64,000 bases of DNA from Chara braunii (GCA_003427395.1 BFEA01000039.1:4524847-4588846), one strand, 5' to 3'. Counted from the first letter of the stretch, positions 12,297-25,572 are shown. Made by a program: numbers and translations. Notes: generated from the sequence alone by a model not told the origin.

Positions 12297-14765
12297 TATT
12301 TTTAATATCACACGGTCAGCTGGTACCCTAACGTCTGGAATGCCCTCGACCCCTCGGTCCTTTCGCGTTGCTCCGATATTTTTGCATCGTCGCCTGCTGG
12401 TCTCAATCCCTTAATCTCCAAACCAAAAGTCCGATGTTGTAACCAATAGTGTTAGGCCCAAGGCTGATTTTAGCACTAGTGGTAAACCATATAAACGGGT
12501 ATTGCTACACGTGCAGGTCTGCCGAAGGCTTCCCGGTCCCACCACGCGAGTCACGACTGTGCTTCAATTTACGTTGACTAAGTGGTCGACTAGAAATAGA
12601 GAGTGTGTGGCCATGCGAACTTCGGGTGCTCGTGGTCTCTTTTCTTGTTGATGATTAAAAATTCGGCGTGGTTGCCAACTAAAATTTTAATATTTTGATT
12701 AAACTAGGACTAACGGATTTTATTTTTCAATTGGTACGCTTGACCGAGGCTTGTGCGTACATGCGAACGGCAACATCGATTACAACATGACTCTTTATAA
12801 TAAGTGGAAGGAATGTAAGGGTAGAAGTGTGGAGGCGGGCGTATGCGCGGTAGGTGCGGGGCACAATGGTTGTGGGGTCAATCGATAGGTCCAGGAACTT
12901 ATTTTCTGTCCCTTGCAAAAAACAGGGTGGATACCCTTGTGAGGGTATTTGCACCGACCGCTACAAGCTCATTTTTCTACAAGGCTGAGGTCGTGTACTA
13001 CTGGTTTCAACCCACTGTCTACATCCACTCAACTACATATTTGAACTGCATGACTAGTAGTACGACAGTATTGCATGTTGTCATATTCCCAATAGACCCA
13101 TATTACCCGATTGCCCTGATACCACTTAACTAGCTAGGTGAAAAAATAATAATAATAATAAAAATGATATGAACCTCAAACGGTCTGACGAAAGTAGTCC
13201 AACATTTTTTTTTTCCTTCTGCAGGGATCTTCTCTGGTCCTTACCAAGCCAGATTACCTTGTCAACCAAGGCGACCTGGGCGGTCCGGTTGGCAGCACAA
13301 CTATACACAACTCTATAAGAATATAATGACTATGCTAGACCGTTTCATCAGACTTTCACTGACTCGGTAAAATGTTAAACCTTAGTATTGACTGCTCAAA
13401 AGTATGTTGTGATGATGGTGAACTTATGCTGTGATTGACCCTTTGCATTTTTGTATAGGACCAATCACCATTGCTGACGAAACCGGTACCTTAGAAAAGC
13501 ATAAGATAAGTCTTACCTTGTGACTAGAAACCTAAAAGGAGCCCAATTTTGAAGATCTAACGGTGGCTACCATCTTAATTTGAAAAGCATAAGACAAGCT
13601 CTACCTTGTGACTCATAAAATAATGGTCCACATTCTCTATACTATTACCGATCGATCCCAAGTGTTTTGACTCGTTCGACTGGACTCGAAACTTACAGTA
13701 ACCTATAATTGAAATAATGTTTGAAATAATAGTGACTAATATTTTTTCAAGCTAAGCCTTTAACCACTACTGTGTCATTCTTTTGGGGTCAAGCCTTCGA
13801 AACGAAAAGGTTTGCAGCGCCAACCAAAATAAATTCATTTTTTCGCACAGAACGGTTCTACAAAAAATGGTGGGCAGCAGTGATCAGTATTGAAGAAAAA
13901 AAACGTAGAAATATATACTATTAGTTAAGGTAACGAATTGGTTTCATGGTTGAAAAATCGTAGTTTTGCATAACGTTTATCTATAGGGTAAATTTTTGCA
14001 ACGTGAGTTTGTTATGGGACAATTCTTTATTTTTTAAAAGCAAAGGAACACTGATATCATGACCTCATAAGAGCGGTCATATGAAGTTATTGTTCCTCTG
14101 TTTAAGTAAACGAGTATTGTCCCTGGGTGTGGTTGGCCTAAGACCCGAAGAGCAATAAATGAGCAACAATTTTGGCCCGCAAAGTGCATGTGGAGAACCC
14201 AAACTTTTTGATAGTAAAGAGGCAGGTACCAGTACCCTATTGATTTTTCCTATGCCGATACTGTCTGTTTTAGGCTTGGCAAAATATATTTTGTTCGTCA
14301 ATGATTTAGCTTCGGATGCACTAATGGTTTAAACTTTAAACCACATGTATCTTTCCTAACTATTTTGCCATGACGCTCCGAGCAACGTGGGAGGGTGGCA
14401 AGGTTCGGTGCTACCGGACTAAAATGGTTGGCGACACCAACCAAAATGAGGGTGAGTTTAGGTTCAGTTTCGGTAGTTGAAAAATTTACTGGTGGTTCAA
14501 CTTTAATCCCATAAATGGCATAATCAAAACACTTATGTCCGATAGACCTTCCCCAATTGGTATTTCAAAGAGTTTTTCTTACTTGCTCTATCTTCGGAAT
14601 CAGGAAACTTAGATCACCCTTGGCCTTTTAAAAATTAGGATGGGCCAATGTTTTCAATGTAGTGGTGTTCAAATATTAGTTTCACATACCAGTAGGTTGT
14701 ACTTCATAACACGACCATAGAAAGGCGCATAGTGGAACCACAAACCCTTTTTTCCCCCTTTCTCC

Positions 14766-14830
<65 letters not shown>

Positions 14831-16439
14831 NNNNNNNNNNNNNNNNNNNNNNNNNNNNNNNNNNNNNNNNNNNNNNNNNNNNNNNNNNNNNNNNNNNNNN
14901 NNNNNNNNNNNNNNNNNNNNNNNNNNNNNNNNNNNNNNNNNNNNNNNNNNNNNNNNNNNNNNNNNNNNNNNNNNNNGGACAAAGGTTGTTCAGTTGCAAT
15001 TGCACATTGAAAATCGACGAACGACATCATCCTACCTTCCCTCTTTCCCCTTCCCTCTCTCTCTCAGGATCTTGGGGGGTTGTGTTCCGTGTGCACTAGC
15101 GATTAGGCAATTAGTGATATTTGCATGTAGGTGATATAATATTTAAGTAACACGAATTACTTGGCCGAGTAATCTGGTCGGATCTGGCCGGATTATCCGG
15201 GGATGCGATTATCCGAAAATTTGGATAGTAAAATAACAAAATTGAAAAAGTGTAAAAAAAAAAAACAAAGAAAAACATGATATTGCGTATATTAAATAAA
15301 ACAAAATATGCTCCTAGTTCATAAAAAACTTGATTGATCATCAAAGGGTTCAAAGGGGGTATAGATAGTGAATTAGAGGGTTTAGAGGGGGTTTGCTCAA
15401 TTTGTTTTATCTCAATATTCTTTAATTGTTTTATTTTATTTTTTAATTTTATTTTGATTGCGATATCAAAGATGATATCAAGCCAAAAGTTGTTCGTATT
15501 ATTTATATCTACAACATATTTGTTTTTTATATGTTTTTTTTTTTTTTAATAGGGAAAAACCTTATTTTGTGTAGGGTTGGATTTGCTATATCTGAAATTA
15601 ATCCAAATATTTTATACGGATTCAAAATTCCGGATAAAATAGGTGTGTCGGATATCCAGTTATGTTACATAGTGTAGTATGGACCCACTGGAGCATTACT
15701 TATGCAAAGCTTTAGAGTTGATTGCAGTCAGTACAAAAAGATGATTAAAAAAAGGGACTCTGGGCCCAATTCCCAACATTTGATGCTCCCCGCGACTTGA
15801 TCAGAGCAATTCTTGTTAAATAAAAAAAAAAAAAACTAAGACGTTGTCACAGTTTCAGTAAAAAACGCGTTTCAGTCGATTTCGTGAATGTTGTGCCAAA
15901 CTGAGGACAATCATGAATGTATAAAACCCAACAATTGTGAATGTATACAACCCAACTTTAGGTTTGGGGTGGAATGTGTTGTATTCGAGGGATGCTTGAA
16001 GTGGATTTAAAACTAAAATGGTGACTGCGCCCTACTTGCCTCATAAATAAATGTATCGTACCGTGTTTTAAGCCGAACCTAGGTGCATCTAACTGCAGTT
16101 ACATCCATAACTAAGCAAAAAAGTCCTAGTGTGAGTACGCCCTTAGGGTAACAACCTTTTTTGTTTTGTTTTAGAAAATTAAATTTTTGACACCACCACT
16201 ACCTTCAATCCTTTTTTTGTTGAACAAGAGTTCAATTGCTCGCCAACAAGAGGCTGAAGTGCCAACGCGACATTTTTGTTTTCTTTTGGTCGCGGCGACA
16301 ACCTTTGTGGTCCGGTAGCGCCCAACCTTTACCTGCCTCTGAAGAATGTGGTGTATGTTACTTTTTACGACTTAGCCTTCCAGCGTGAAAGGTAGTGGTG
16401 GTTATATCTGTCGAATTTGATAGTGAGGCCTTTCGGGCG

Positions 16440-16850
16440 TTTTTATTATTATAGTATTACAGGGAATCCCATAGCTGCCAGCCCGAGTTGAGGCCTCCGA
16501 CTCAAGAACATGCGCATAACATGTAGGGGCTGCACCCGACCTGCAGGTGGGCATTCAAGCCTCCATGAAGGGAAAACGCAGGGGATGCACCCTACCTGCA
16601 GGTGGGCAACACCGACCAGGGGTCAGCTGATAGCATCAGGACCAAACTTTTTCGATGGGTTAGTCACTGTGCCTCTCCTCCTGCCCCCTCCCCATATAAA
16701 CATCAACAGTGTCGGCTCGATGATGCCGCTTGGTGGGACCAACGGGCTATCTCTAGGTGGCGGGTGCCAAGCATGCCCAGGGAGGTACACGGACCCAAAA
16801 CCTCCTAAATGGCACTTGTGTGCCTTTTACAACTGAGTTAGGCTGCTGGA
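16440..16850 (-). mobile_element. tRNA-derived SINE-like element, copy 1
   Basis: Colinear with ~18700-19680 (shared CTATCTCTAGGTGGCGGG..CCAAGCATGCCCAGG and CAACTGAGTTAGGC.GCTGGA). AT-rich tail at the left end. Confidence 0.55.
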
Positions 16851-16901
16851 TAGGCAAAATTTCCTACCTTTTTGCTCTTTGGCTTTCTTTTCTTCTTTTT
16901 T

Positions 16902-17244
16902 GAGATAAATTGCAATACACCCCCATAAGTTGAAATCTATGCCGAAATGCCCCTAAAAGATGTAGGTAGAGCTGGTGCCCTTTTGAGCCCAATTCATGGT
17001 GTTATGCCTGCTATCAGGACAGTGAGCGAATTTGCAATCTGGTGCTCATGGCTTGGGCCTGGGCATTTTGCAACCAGGCCTTGGAAAGCCGGTAGGGGTA
17101 CACTGTAAAGATGGGAGTTCCAACTGACACCAGGGGTATGTCACTAACAATTTTTTGTCATAGGGGCACTCCACTGTATTCACCTCTTATAGGGGGCATT
17201 TTGGCATATTTCTCAACTTATTGGGGTACTTTGCAAACTATCCC
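16902..17244. mobile_element. Mutator-like (MULE) MITE
   Basis: Imperfect TIRs of ~55-60 bp (GAGATAAATTGCAA... / ...TTGCAAACTATCCC) and a 9-bp TSD TTCTTTTTT/TTCTTATTT. Confidence 0.65.
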
Positions 17245-17403
17245 TTCTTATTTTAATAAAGGTGACGACCTTTAGATGCCGGCATTGAACAGAGCTGCCT
17301 TACCCTAGGTAATTCAAAAGACTAGTATTTTACTCTTCTGTTTCCAGTAGAGTTCGAAGTCAGGCATGTATCTCAACAGTTTAGGGGTGTACCAACTGAG
17401 CTA

Positions 17404-17509
17404 CCCGTCTTCCCCTGAATACAACGTACCGTCAATATAGTTGTATCTAGACTGAAAGATGCCTCAAATGTAGCTATAATGACCGTACGTTGCATTCGGG
17501 GAAGAAGGG
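17404..17509. mobile_element. Tc1/mariner(pogo)-like hairpin MITE, copy 1
   Basis: TA-flanked ~105 bp element with TIR consensus CCGTCTTCACCCGAATAGAACGCCCG. Four copies in the window. Confidence 0.6.
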
Positions 17510-18154
17510 TAGGTCAGTTGGTGTTAGGGGCTGATCCGACCACTACACTACGAATGTAGACGCAAAAAGTCACTACGAAGATGTCAGTGTCTGTGGCGGG
17601 GCAAAAAAGAGAAACTGGATCCCACGAGGCCGACTTCTCGGTGGTCTTCCTGGACCTGTGGCGGTTCTTTATGGGCTGTTATAGAGGACGAACGTTTTAA
17701 CAGACTCCGCCAACCGACATGTCACACAACACTATGGTCCTCTGACATTCCTAATGCAAGCGAAAATAAAAAATAAAAAAATGATCCCTCTTTTTCGAGG
17801 CTGTGAAGCCCTCACGGTCTACATGAGAATTGTAGTAACTAAGTTTGCGCCCTTCGCAGAAGTGCTGCCATGACACAACCAAACGAAATTGAAGTAAAAT
17901 ATTTCGGCAGCCGCGACAACGTCAGAAAGTGGTGGGATATCAAAACTTCACTGTAATTGGGCTGTAGTGTAGTGGTGGGATCAGCCCTTTACTCTTCTTT
18001 TTCTGAAAGGTTGTAGTCCTTGACCTTGTCGTTTCCATCGACCGTGATTCGCACCATGATTCGCACCATGATTCACACCATGATTCAACTCCTGACCTGG
18101 TTCAGGCGCTGGGGCGGAAAAGCAAACTGGGACCCCACAAAGGCGGGTTCTGCG

Positions 18155-18355
18155 GGTCTTTCCCAAGTACCACGCCGGATTTTTTTGGGCTTCCACCGAG
18201 ACGGACGTTCCTGTGGCCCGCCATATGGCCTGGCCTCCAGCGTCGTACCGGATGAACATCGGGTCTTTCCCAAGTACCACGCCGAATTTTCTTGGGCTTC
18301 CACCGAGACGAACGTTCCTGTGGCCCGCCATATGGCCTGGCCTCCAGCGTCATAC
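18155..18355. repeat. Tandem duplication of a ~107-bp unit
   Basis: GGTCTTTCCCAAGTACCACGCCG...CCTCCAGCGTC occurs twice, preceded by CACCATGATTC repeats at ~18040-18085. Confidence 0.8.
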
Positions 18356-18699
18356 AGTTCTCTGGTCCACGGATGAACATTGAAAAGGGCGACTCATTTT
18401 TGCGGCAGCTTTCTTGGTAGGGGTAGGAGTCCTCGACCTTTCCATTTTGTGTAGGGCCGTTGGGCCGTTCATCACGACCGACGTGCCATGTACACATGAA
18501 CTGAAAACATACCCCTAACAAAGCGTGGCGCCCTGTAATTTCAGAAAGTGGTGGGATCCGCGTTTCTCAACTCAATTGGCTAACTTACGCAGCGTCGGAT
18601 CAGAAGCTCATTCCCACATTTTTTATTTTTTTATTTTTTTAAAGCTATATTCTTCTCTCAATTGCACCTCACACTACCTACCTACCACTACTCCTAATT

Positions 18700-19680
18700 G
18701 TAGGCATACGGGGAACCCCGTAGCAGCCAGAACCGTGTTCACGAGAGAACATGCAGGGGCTGCTCCCGACCTACAGGTGGGCGATACCGGCTGGGGGACA
18801 GCTGGGTCAAGGTCCCACTTGCACAGATTAGGAGATTTTGGCCGTTGATGTCGGCTCTCTACGGTCTCTATCTCTTGATTTGCGCAAGTGGGACCTAGCC
18901 CCTGGTAGCATCAGGGACCATGCCAACAGGACCAATCCCTGTGCCTCCCCTCACGTCCCCTCCCCTACGAACATAGCAGACTCTGCTTCAATGGCTATCG
19001 GGGGATCCAGTGGTCTATCTCTAGGTGGCGGGCGCCAAGCATGCCCAGGAAGGTACATGAGGCCAATGGGGATTGAACCCACGACCTCCTGAATACCACT
19101 TGCGAGCCTTACCAACTGAGGGCACGCTCACACTGTGGTACCAGAACCGCATATTCTTAAAAAATACGGATGCCTGATTTGGGGATATAGTGGCGGCGCC
19201 AGTCACACTGTGTCCCCAAACCACCCATTCCACGGTCGCGGTAGGTCGGCCAGTGCGAAATTGCGGAGGTCACCCACCAGTCACACGGCGCCGACCCTTT
19301 TCCCTCAATTGCTTTTCTTTTTTTTTTTTTCTTCGTTGTTCAGGGACTCTCTTCTCGCGTCTGACGGGCCGACGAGGTCACCCATTTGCCCAAATTCCTC
19401 ATTTTCAGTTGATATGGCGCCCATATCTTGCCATTCCATTCTCAAGTCATTTCTGAAAAAAAAAAAAAAAAAGAATAAGGAATTTGTGGTAACCTCCCGA
19501 GGTTACAGCAAATTCCCAACCCCCGCGGCCTCTCAGGCCGCTGACAAAAGGGTTCGGGAATAAGTGATTTGCGAATTGTGCACCCAGTGTGACTACCCCT
19601 CGACCCCATTTTTTGGGGATTTTGGGGAATATGCGGTTTTGGTACCGCAGAGTGAGCGTGCCCTGAGTTAGGCCGCTGGA
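18700..19680 (-). mobile_element. tRNA-derived SINE-like element, copy 2, head split by a Harbinger MITE
   Basis: After removing 19120-19663 the minus strand reads A-box CTAACTCAGTTGGTAAGG ... B-box GGGTTCAATCCC. The body matches copy 1. Confidence 0.65.
19120..19663. mobile_element. PIF/Harbinger-like MITE
   Basis: TIRs GGGCACGCTCACACTGTGGTACC / GGTACCGCAGAGTGAGCGTGCCC and a TGA TSD (19117-19119, 19664-19666). The empty site is visible in SINE copy 1 (~16828-16850). Confidence 0.85.
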
Positions 19681-19791
19681 TCATTCCCATGTTTCCCAGT
19701 GCCTCTTTTTCTTGTTCTCATTTTTTTTGTGGGCGGGTGAAGCGGAGGTAGGCGAATCCGACTTCCCTCCAGGAAGTATGGGTCAACCTAT

Positions 19792-19889
19792 GGGCCTCGC
19801 TGCACTACTCGCCAAACGTACGGAGTGGCGAACGCATCTTTTCTTGAAACTGGAAAATAAATCGTGACTATCGTAGAGCAGCGAGGCCA
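19792..19889. mobile_element. Short MITE immediately upstream of the SAMS TATA box
   Basis: GGGCCTCGCTGCACTAC ... GTAGAGCAGCGAGGCC inverted termini. Same family as 7056 and 26204. Confidence 0.55.
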
Positions 19890-19899
19890 CATGTCCCTC

Positions 19900-19906
19900 T
19901 ATAAAA
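19900..19906 (+). promoter_or_regulatory. Putative TATA box of the SAMS gene
   Basis: (C)TATAAAA ~330 nt upstream of the ATG, followed by a GC-rich leader. Confidence 0.45.
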
Positions 19907-20234
19907 CCCGGTCAGTTATAGTTCGTGCTATCGGCCGTCGCTGCGTTGCCAGCATCTCCCTAGCGGAAGGACATCGCCCGATCGCTTCACGGCGGAAGCG
20001 CGGAGCATCATCGTAGCACCTGCCGCGGGCGAGGATTTGATCATATTCCCGCTCGGTTTAGGAAGGAGCGCCGGCGATCGAGCGAAGCGGTGCCCGAACG
20101 GCCGATCTGTTCCGCGGGCTATTTGTTTTGGCGGGCCGAGTGTGGCCATTGTTGAGGCGAAGTATTTAGCTTTGTGCTAGGGTCGTCTTTGTCGACTTGT
20201 GCGTGTGCGTGGGCAAGGAAGCAAGCGAGCGACA

Positions 20235-21452
20235 ATGTTGTCTTTCCTGTTCACGTCGGAGTCCGTTAATGAGGGTCATCCTGACAAACTATGCGATCAG
20301 GTGTCGGATGCGATCCTGGATGCGTGTCTTGAACAAGATCCCGACAGCAAGGTGGCCTGCGAGACATGCACGAAGACAGGCATGGTGATGGTCTTCGGCG
20401 AGATCACGACGAAGGCCAAGGTGGATTACGAGAAGATCGTGAGGGAGACATGTCGAGGGATCGGCTTCACGTCGGAGGATGTTGGTTTGAACTGCGATAC
20501 GTGCAAGGTGCTTGTCAATATCGAGGAGCAGAGTCCGGATATTGGCCAAGGCGTGCACGGGATGGGAACGAAGAGGCCAGAGGAGATCGGCGCGGGAGAT
20601 CAGGGGATCATGTTTGGGTACGCGACTGACGAGACCCCCGAGATGATGCCGTTGACCCACGTGTTGGCCACGAAAATTGGCGCGAAATTGACTGAAGTGA
20701 GAAAGAGCGGGAAAGTCAAGTGGCTGCGTCCTGATGGAAAGACGCAGGTAACCGTCGAGTACACCAAGGACAAGAATGGCGCCCTGGAACCAGTGCGCGT
20801 TCACACCATCTTGATCTCGACGCAACACGACGAGTCTGTCTCCAACGACCAGATCGCCGCCGATCTGCGTGAGCACGTCATCATGCCCGTCGTTCCCGCC
20901 AAGTACCTCGACGCCGACACTATCTTCCACCTTAATCCGTCTGGCAGGTTTGTAATTGGTGGTCCCCACGGAGATGCGGGACTCACCGGAAGAAAAATCA
21001 TTATTGATACCTACGGTGGATGGGGTGCGCACGGTGGAGGGGCCTTCAGCGGCAAAGATCCGACCAAGGTTGACCGAAGCGGAGCGTACATTGTGCGTCA
21101 AGCTGCGAAGAGCGTTGTGGCGGCGGGGCTTGCTCGTCGTTGCCTTGTGCAGGTGTCTTACGCCATCGGTGTTGCCGAACCTCTCTCTGTTTTCGTTGAT
21201 ACTTACGGGACCGGTAAGATTGCAGATGGGGAAATTCTTGAAATCATCAAGGAGAACTTCGATTTCAGACCTGGAATGATCATTCAGGCTCTCGATCTCA
21301 AACGTGGAGGGAATATGCGCTTCCAGAAGACGGCGGCGTACGGACATTTTGGTCGCGATGACAAAGACTTCACGTGGGAGACGGTCAAACCGCTCAAGAA
21401 GAACGGTCAACTCGTCAATGAGGAGATGATCGAGAATTGCTTAGCTGCGTGA
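20235..21452 (+). CDS. SAMS: S-adenosylmethionine synthetase (methionine adenosyltransferase), plant type, intronless CDS, 405 aa
   Basis: [21 protein letters not shown] and GGGAFSGKD signature motifs, TAAYGHFGR. The ATG at 20235 matches the family N-terminus (the ORF track starts upstream at a GTG). Confidence 0.97.
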   Translation: MLSFLFTSESVNEGHPDKLCDQVSDAILDACLEQDPDSKVACETCTKTGMVMVFGEITTKAKVDYEKIVRETCRGIGFTSEDVGLNCDTCKVLVNIEEQSPDIGQGVHGMGTKRPEEIGAGDQGIMFGYATDETPEMMPLTHVLATKIGAKLTEVRKSGKVKWLRPDGKTQVTVEYTKDKNGALEPVRVHTILISTQHDESVSNDQIAADLREHVIMPVVPAKYLDADTIFHLNPSGRFVIGGPHGDAGLTGRKIIIDTYGGWGAHGGGAFSGKDPTKVDRSGAYIVRQAAKSVVAAGLARRCLVQVSYAIGVAEPLSVFVDTYGTGKIADGEILEIIKENFDFRPGMIIQALDLKRGGNMRFQKTAAYGHFGRDDKDFTWETVKPLKKNGQLVNEEMIENCLAA

Positions 21453-22564
21453 GGATGGCCTGCTTTCATCGATTTTCCAATTCTTTCCTTGGATTCGTTT
21501 ATTGGTGGGTTTTGATTGATTGTGCGCGTATGTTGGTTTCTTTCTTTGATTGATTGTTTCATTCACTGCGCATAGGTTGGTAGTTTGATCGATCGTCCGT
21601 TTGATTTCGTTGATCTATCTATCTGTTCTTGGCTGAAGAAACACCGTCTCGGTGGATTTGTTGGCGGAAATATCTTTTTGTAGAAAATGTAATAATGTGT
21701 TTCCACATTATTTGAAAGGGAGTGATGGTGATTCGTAAGCGTTTGTCATCCAATCATTTGTCCATGTTTTGTTTTGAGGTCATCTGAAGGAAGTTATTGG
21801 GTTACTCGTACCTCTTTTATCCCGACATTGTTTTGTCTGTTGTGTTATCTCGACCTTCGTCGGCATTTCAGCTCGGTGTCCTGTCGTCGGTCCAAGCTCT
21901 ATGTGGGTATAAGTATGATTGGAGTTGTGTGTTTCTCGCTACTTAAAAAATACGTCGGCATTTGATTGTCTGTGTAGCTAGGTGCTCTTTTCGTAAGTTC
22001 GAGACCCGTGGGGTGGTATGAGAATGATTGGAAAAAGTTATGGGACAGGGAAAAAGAGTGATGGAGATGAATGTATTTACTTGTAATACCAATACATTGT
22101 AATACATTTGTGAAAAGAAAGTGAACCGCATGTGATGTGACTTCATACATCGTCGGTTCAAAACCTTGGGGTTGATGCAGCTGTCTGCTCACTTTCCAGT
22201 AACTGCATATCCGCCAAGGATAATCAGACTTTCGCTGTTTGCTTTCTCGTTGCTTGCCTGCTTGTTGAGTCTGTTGGTATGACATGGCAAGTGGTACTAA
22301 TCGTTTTTAGTCTGAAAGGCTACGGTGTTTTGGAAACGCGACCGTGAGAGGATGTCACTTACAGTCGATCCAACCAGAGCGGGAGGGCTCGAGAGAGGTC
22401 TGTGCCTGTGGATGTGTGCACGCTAGACGGGCGTCGAGAAGTAGATGAACAGGCAACAAGAACGACGGTCGAGCAAACTGTGTTGGTGTGTCCGTGCTCA
22501 ACGGGGTTGAGAGAGGTGGTGGATGAAGAGGCTGTGTCCTTGAGTGTGCGTGTCACAAACACCT

Positions 22565-22654
<90 letters not shown>

Positions 22655-22884
22655 NNNNNNNNNNNNNNNNNNNNNNNNNNNNNNNNNNNNNNNNNNNNNN
22701 NNNNNNNNNNNNNNNNNNNNNNNNNNNNNNNNNNNNNNNNNNNNNNNNNNNNNNNNNNNNNNNNNNNNNNNNNNNNNNNNNNNNNNNNNNNNNNNNNNNN
22801 NNNNNNNNNNNNNNNNNNNNNNNNNNNNNNNNNNNNNNNNNNNNNNNNNNNNNNNNNNNNNNNNNNNNNNNNNNNNNNNNNNNN

Positions 22885-22971
<87 letters not shown>

Positions 22972-23698
22972 AGGGGCTGATTAGCGAAGTGAGTGTGACG
23001 GAGTATGTGAATGCAATTTGGAGGCGTAAGTTGGGCGGCAGCTGATGTGATGTGTTTTTCGTGTGTGTGTGTGTGACTTAGAGTAGAATTAAAGGACACT
23101 GTTCGGCGCCTACTGAGAGGGGGAAGAGGGGGAGGGGGGGGGGAAGAGGAGGGGTAAGGGAACGAGGTCGTTGAAGGTCTGACACGCGGTCTTAGTGTGA
23201 CGGAGTATGTCAATGCAGCAGTTTGGAGGGGAACGCTCTGCTTCAGTTGGTGTGATTTGTGTGCGTGTGTGTGTGTGTGAGTGCGGTATGAGAAAGAAAC
23301 AGCATAATTTGGCTTCGTGATTAAGGGAGTTGTGTAGAAGCTTTGGACCGTGTAACAACTGTGTCGGTCTGGGAAAGAAACGTCGTAATGTGGCTTCGAG
23401 TAGATGCGGTTTTGTGGGGTTGCGTAGTCATCGAATTGCACGTGAGGAATGCGACTTCACATGGCCTTCTATGAAACTGTTTCACGTAGGCTTGTTTGAC
23501 ATGTTGCCTACCGATTTCACCGCAAATGCCGTTCGGCTGAAGCACACGACGCACGTCTATTAGAGGACTGAACGATGGGTTGAGGGTACGAATTGTCACG
23601 GTTGAAGGCGCGAACTTAACCGATGAGAAATGAACAGTGCAGTTAACTGGGAGTGAAAGGAAGAGCCAGACGCGCGCGCGTCACACACGGAGCGAGCG

Positions 23699-23749
<51 letters not shown>

Positions 23750-23788
23750 TGTTTGTGTCTGTGAGAGGTGTTTTTGTGTGTTAAGGTG

Positions 23789-23882
<94 letters not shown>

Positions 23883-25082
23883 CGTAGTGAAAAGTTTGTG
23901 TTGATCAGATCTGTAATCAGGCGTAACTAATCAGGTAAGAATACGGCCAGAAAAAAAGGGGATGAATGGGACCTTTGAGACGAGATGGGGTGGTGATGAT
24001 GATGGCTGCTGCTGCCGATCAGCAGCATGATCAGGAATGATACGAGTCCCAATGATGAGGAATGATGGAGAAGTACGAGTCTTGACAATGGCGGCATTGA
24101 TCCAGCATCCTTTGCCCGCTTTTTGTACGGAATAGGTCGCAGGATTTGCCCGCTTTTGGTACGGAATAGGTCGCAGGATATTATGACGGGTAAGCTATTG
24201 ACCGTGTGGTCCGAGATACGCGGCGGAGTGAAGTCTCGACTTTATTGAGAGCATTCACTACATAGAACAGTACATACGTACGCCGTACGGGAACAGAACA
24301 TAAGCGGTTTTTAAGGTTTTAGTTTATCCTATCTGTAGTGATTGGTCAGATAATGCGCGCACAGCAGTGGACAGCCAGGGGCAGGTCCACTAGCAGCGGC
24401 GAGTTTCCTGAACGCCCGAGTCTGGACGTGTTTGTGGAGCTTTGCAGTTGAGGAAACTAAAACGCAATTTTCTGCACGTCTCCGCAAACACGTCCAGATT
24501 CGCGCGTTGAGCACACCCAACTCTGCTATAGTGGGACTTGGCCTCAGAGGAGAAGCAGAGGAAATTATCGGAGAAGGAATCGGTGAAGCGATGGGATAGG
24601 AAATCGGTACTTCCTTTTCTCCTGCTTTTTCGCTCCTTGAATGTTCAGAGAACCGACTTCAGGCAACGAGAAGAACCGTGAGCACAGACAAACACCGTGA
24701 GCTGGCAGATGCTTCCCGCCAAGGTGGTTGTTAAACTTGGCCACCAGATGTGACGGTCAAACGGTGACTACGTCGTACACTTGCAACAGACAGTTTAAGG
24801 AAAACGTAAGGTGGAGGGTGAATTTCAAATAAACCCCACTACACTTCACCTTTCTCTCTCTGAACCCTGAACAGACAGATGGTGAACTGCGAATTTCAAT
24901 TCAAATGAATGAGAGCCGGATGTTGCTAATGCAAGTAGAATGTCGACGACGCCACGCTTCGGTGTTGAGAAGAGGGGTCGTTTAGCCCGTACTGCAGCTG
25001 CGAGATGCGTGCGTGCTTCACGTGCGTGCCTGCGTGTGTGGGTTTTGTCAGGTTCGATATATGCCTCCACAAATGAATGCAT

Positions 25083-25362
25083 ATGACTGTGCCAGACTGT
25101 TTCGTCGGAGTTTTTTCACAGACTCATCAGTCAGTCAGGAGGTTTGAACCCCGACAGTCTGCCCAGGATGCATTTGCCACGTCGACCAGGGTTAGCCATA
25201 CCCCTGAGTCAATGTCCCGTGGTCCCCTGACCCCGGCCTGGGAGGGGCCAAAAAAAAAAAGAAAAAGAAAAAGAAAAAATAAAAAAAAATATGGGGGGTA
25301 TGCAGCAGAAGCCTGCACCCCCTGGGCGAAACTGCAAAAATGCAGTTTTGGCCCCACCTTGG

Positions 25363-25422
<60 letters not shown>

Positions 25423-25572
25423 GTTTACACCCTCCCCTGGTGAGCCCGGGGTGGCCCCACCTGACAAAAGTGGTTGACTTCACTCACACCAAACCTGCAG
25501 TCCTAGCAGACTGTCGGTCCAAACCCTGGTCAAGAACGGCCGTAAGTCTAAGAAACTGATCTGTCACAGCTG
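25083..25572 (-). mobile_element. Hammerhead-bearing non-coding element, copy A (with ~260-bp internal insertion containing poly-C)
   Basis: Reverse-complement colinear with 52601-52862 at both arms and in the spacer. (TG)n follows on the right. Confidence 0.75.
25093..25161 (-). ncRNA. Type III hammerhead ribozyme, damaged copy
   Basis: Minus strand: CAGACUG-UC / GGGGU-UCAA-ACCUC / (CUGA)2-CUGAUGA / GUCUG..CCGAC / GAAA-CAGUCUG. The core is preceded by an 8-nt CTGA slippage duplication. Confidence 0.7.

Noticed and set aside
17541-17974. CACTAC...GTAGTG termini suggesting a CACTA element
   Set aside because: Short TIR with no matching 3-bp TSD, so support is insufficient.
19060-19120. tRNA-like sequences (also ~17341-17403, ~40873-40935, ~45735-45990)
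   Set aside because: A/B boxes without an intact cloverleaf. These are SINE heads, not tRNA genes.
20289-21410. 373-aa antisense ORF over SAMS
   Set aside because: Shadow frame of a codon-biased conserved gene, with no independent motifs.
22402-23930. ORFs of poly-ER/LS/HT/CV, here and throughout the window
   Set aside because: Translations of (GA)n/(CA)n microsatellites and N gaps.
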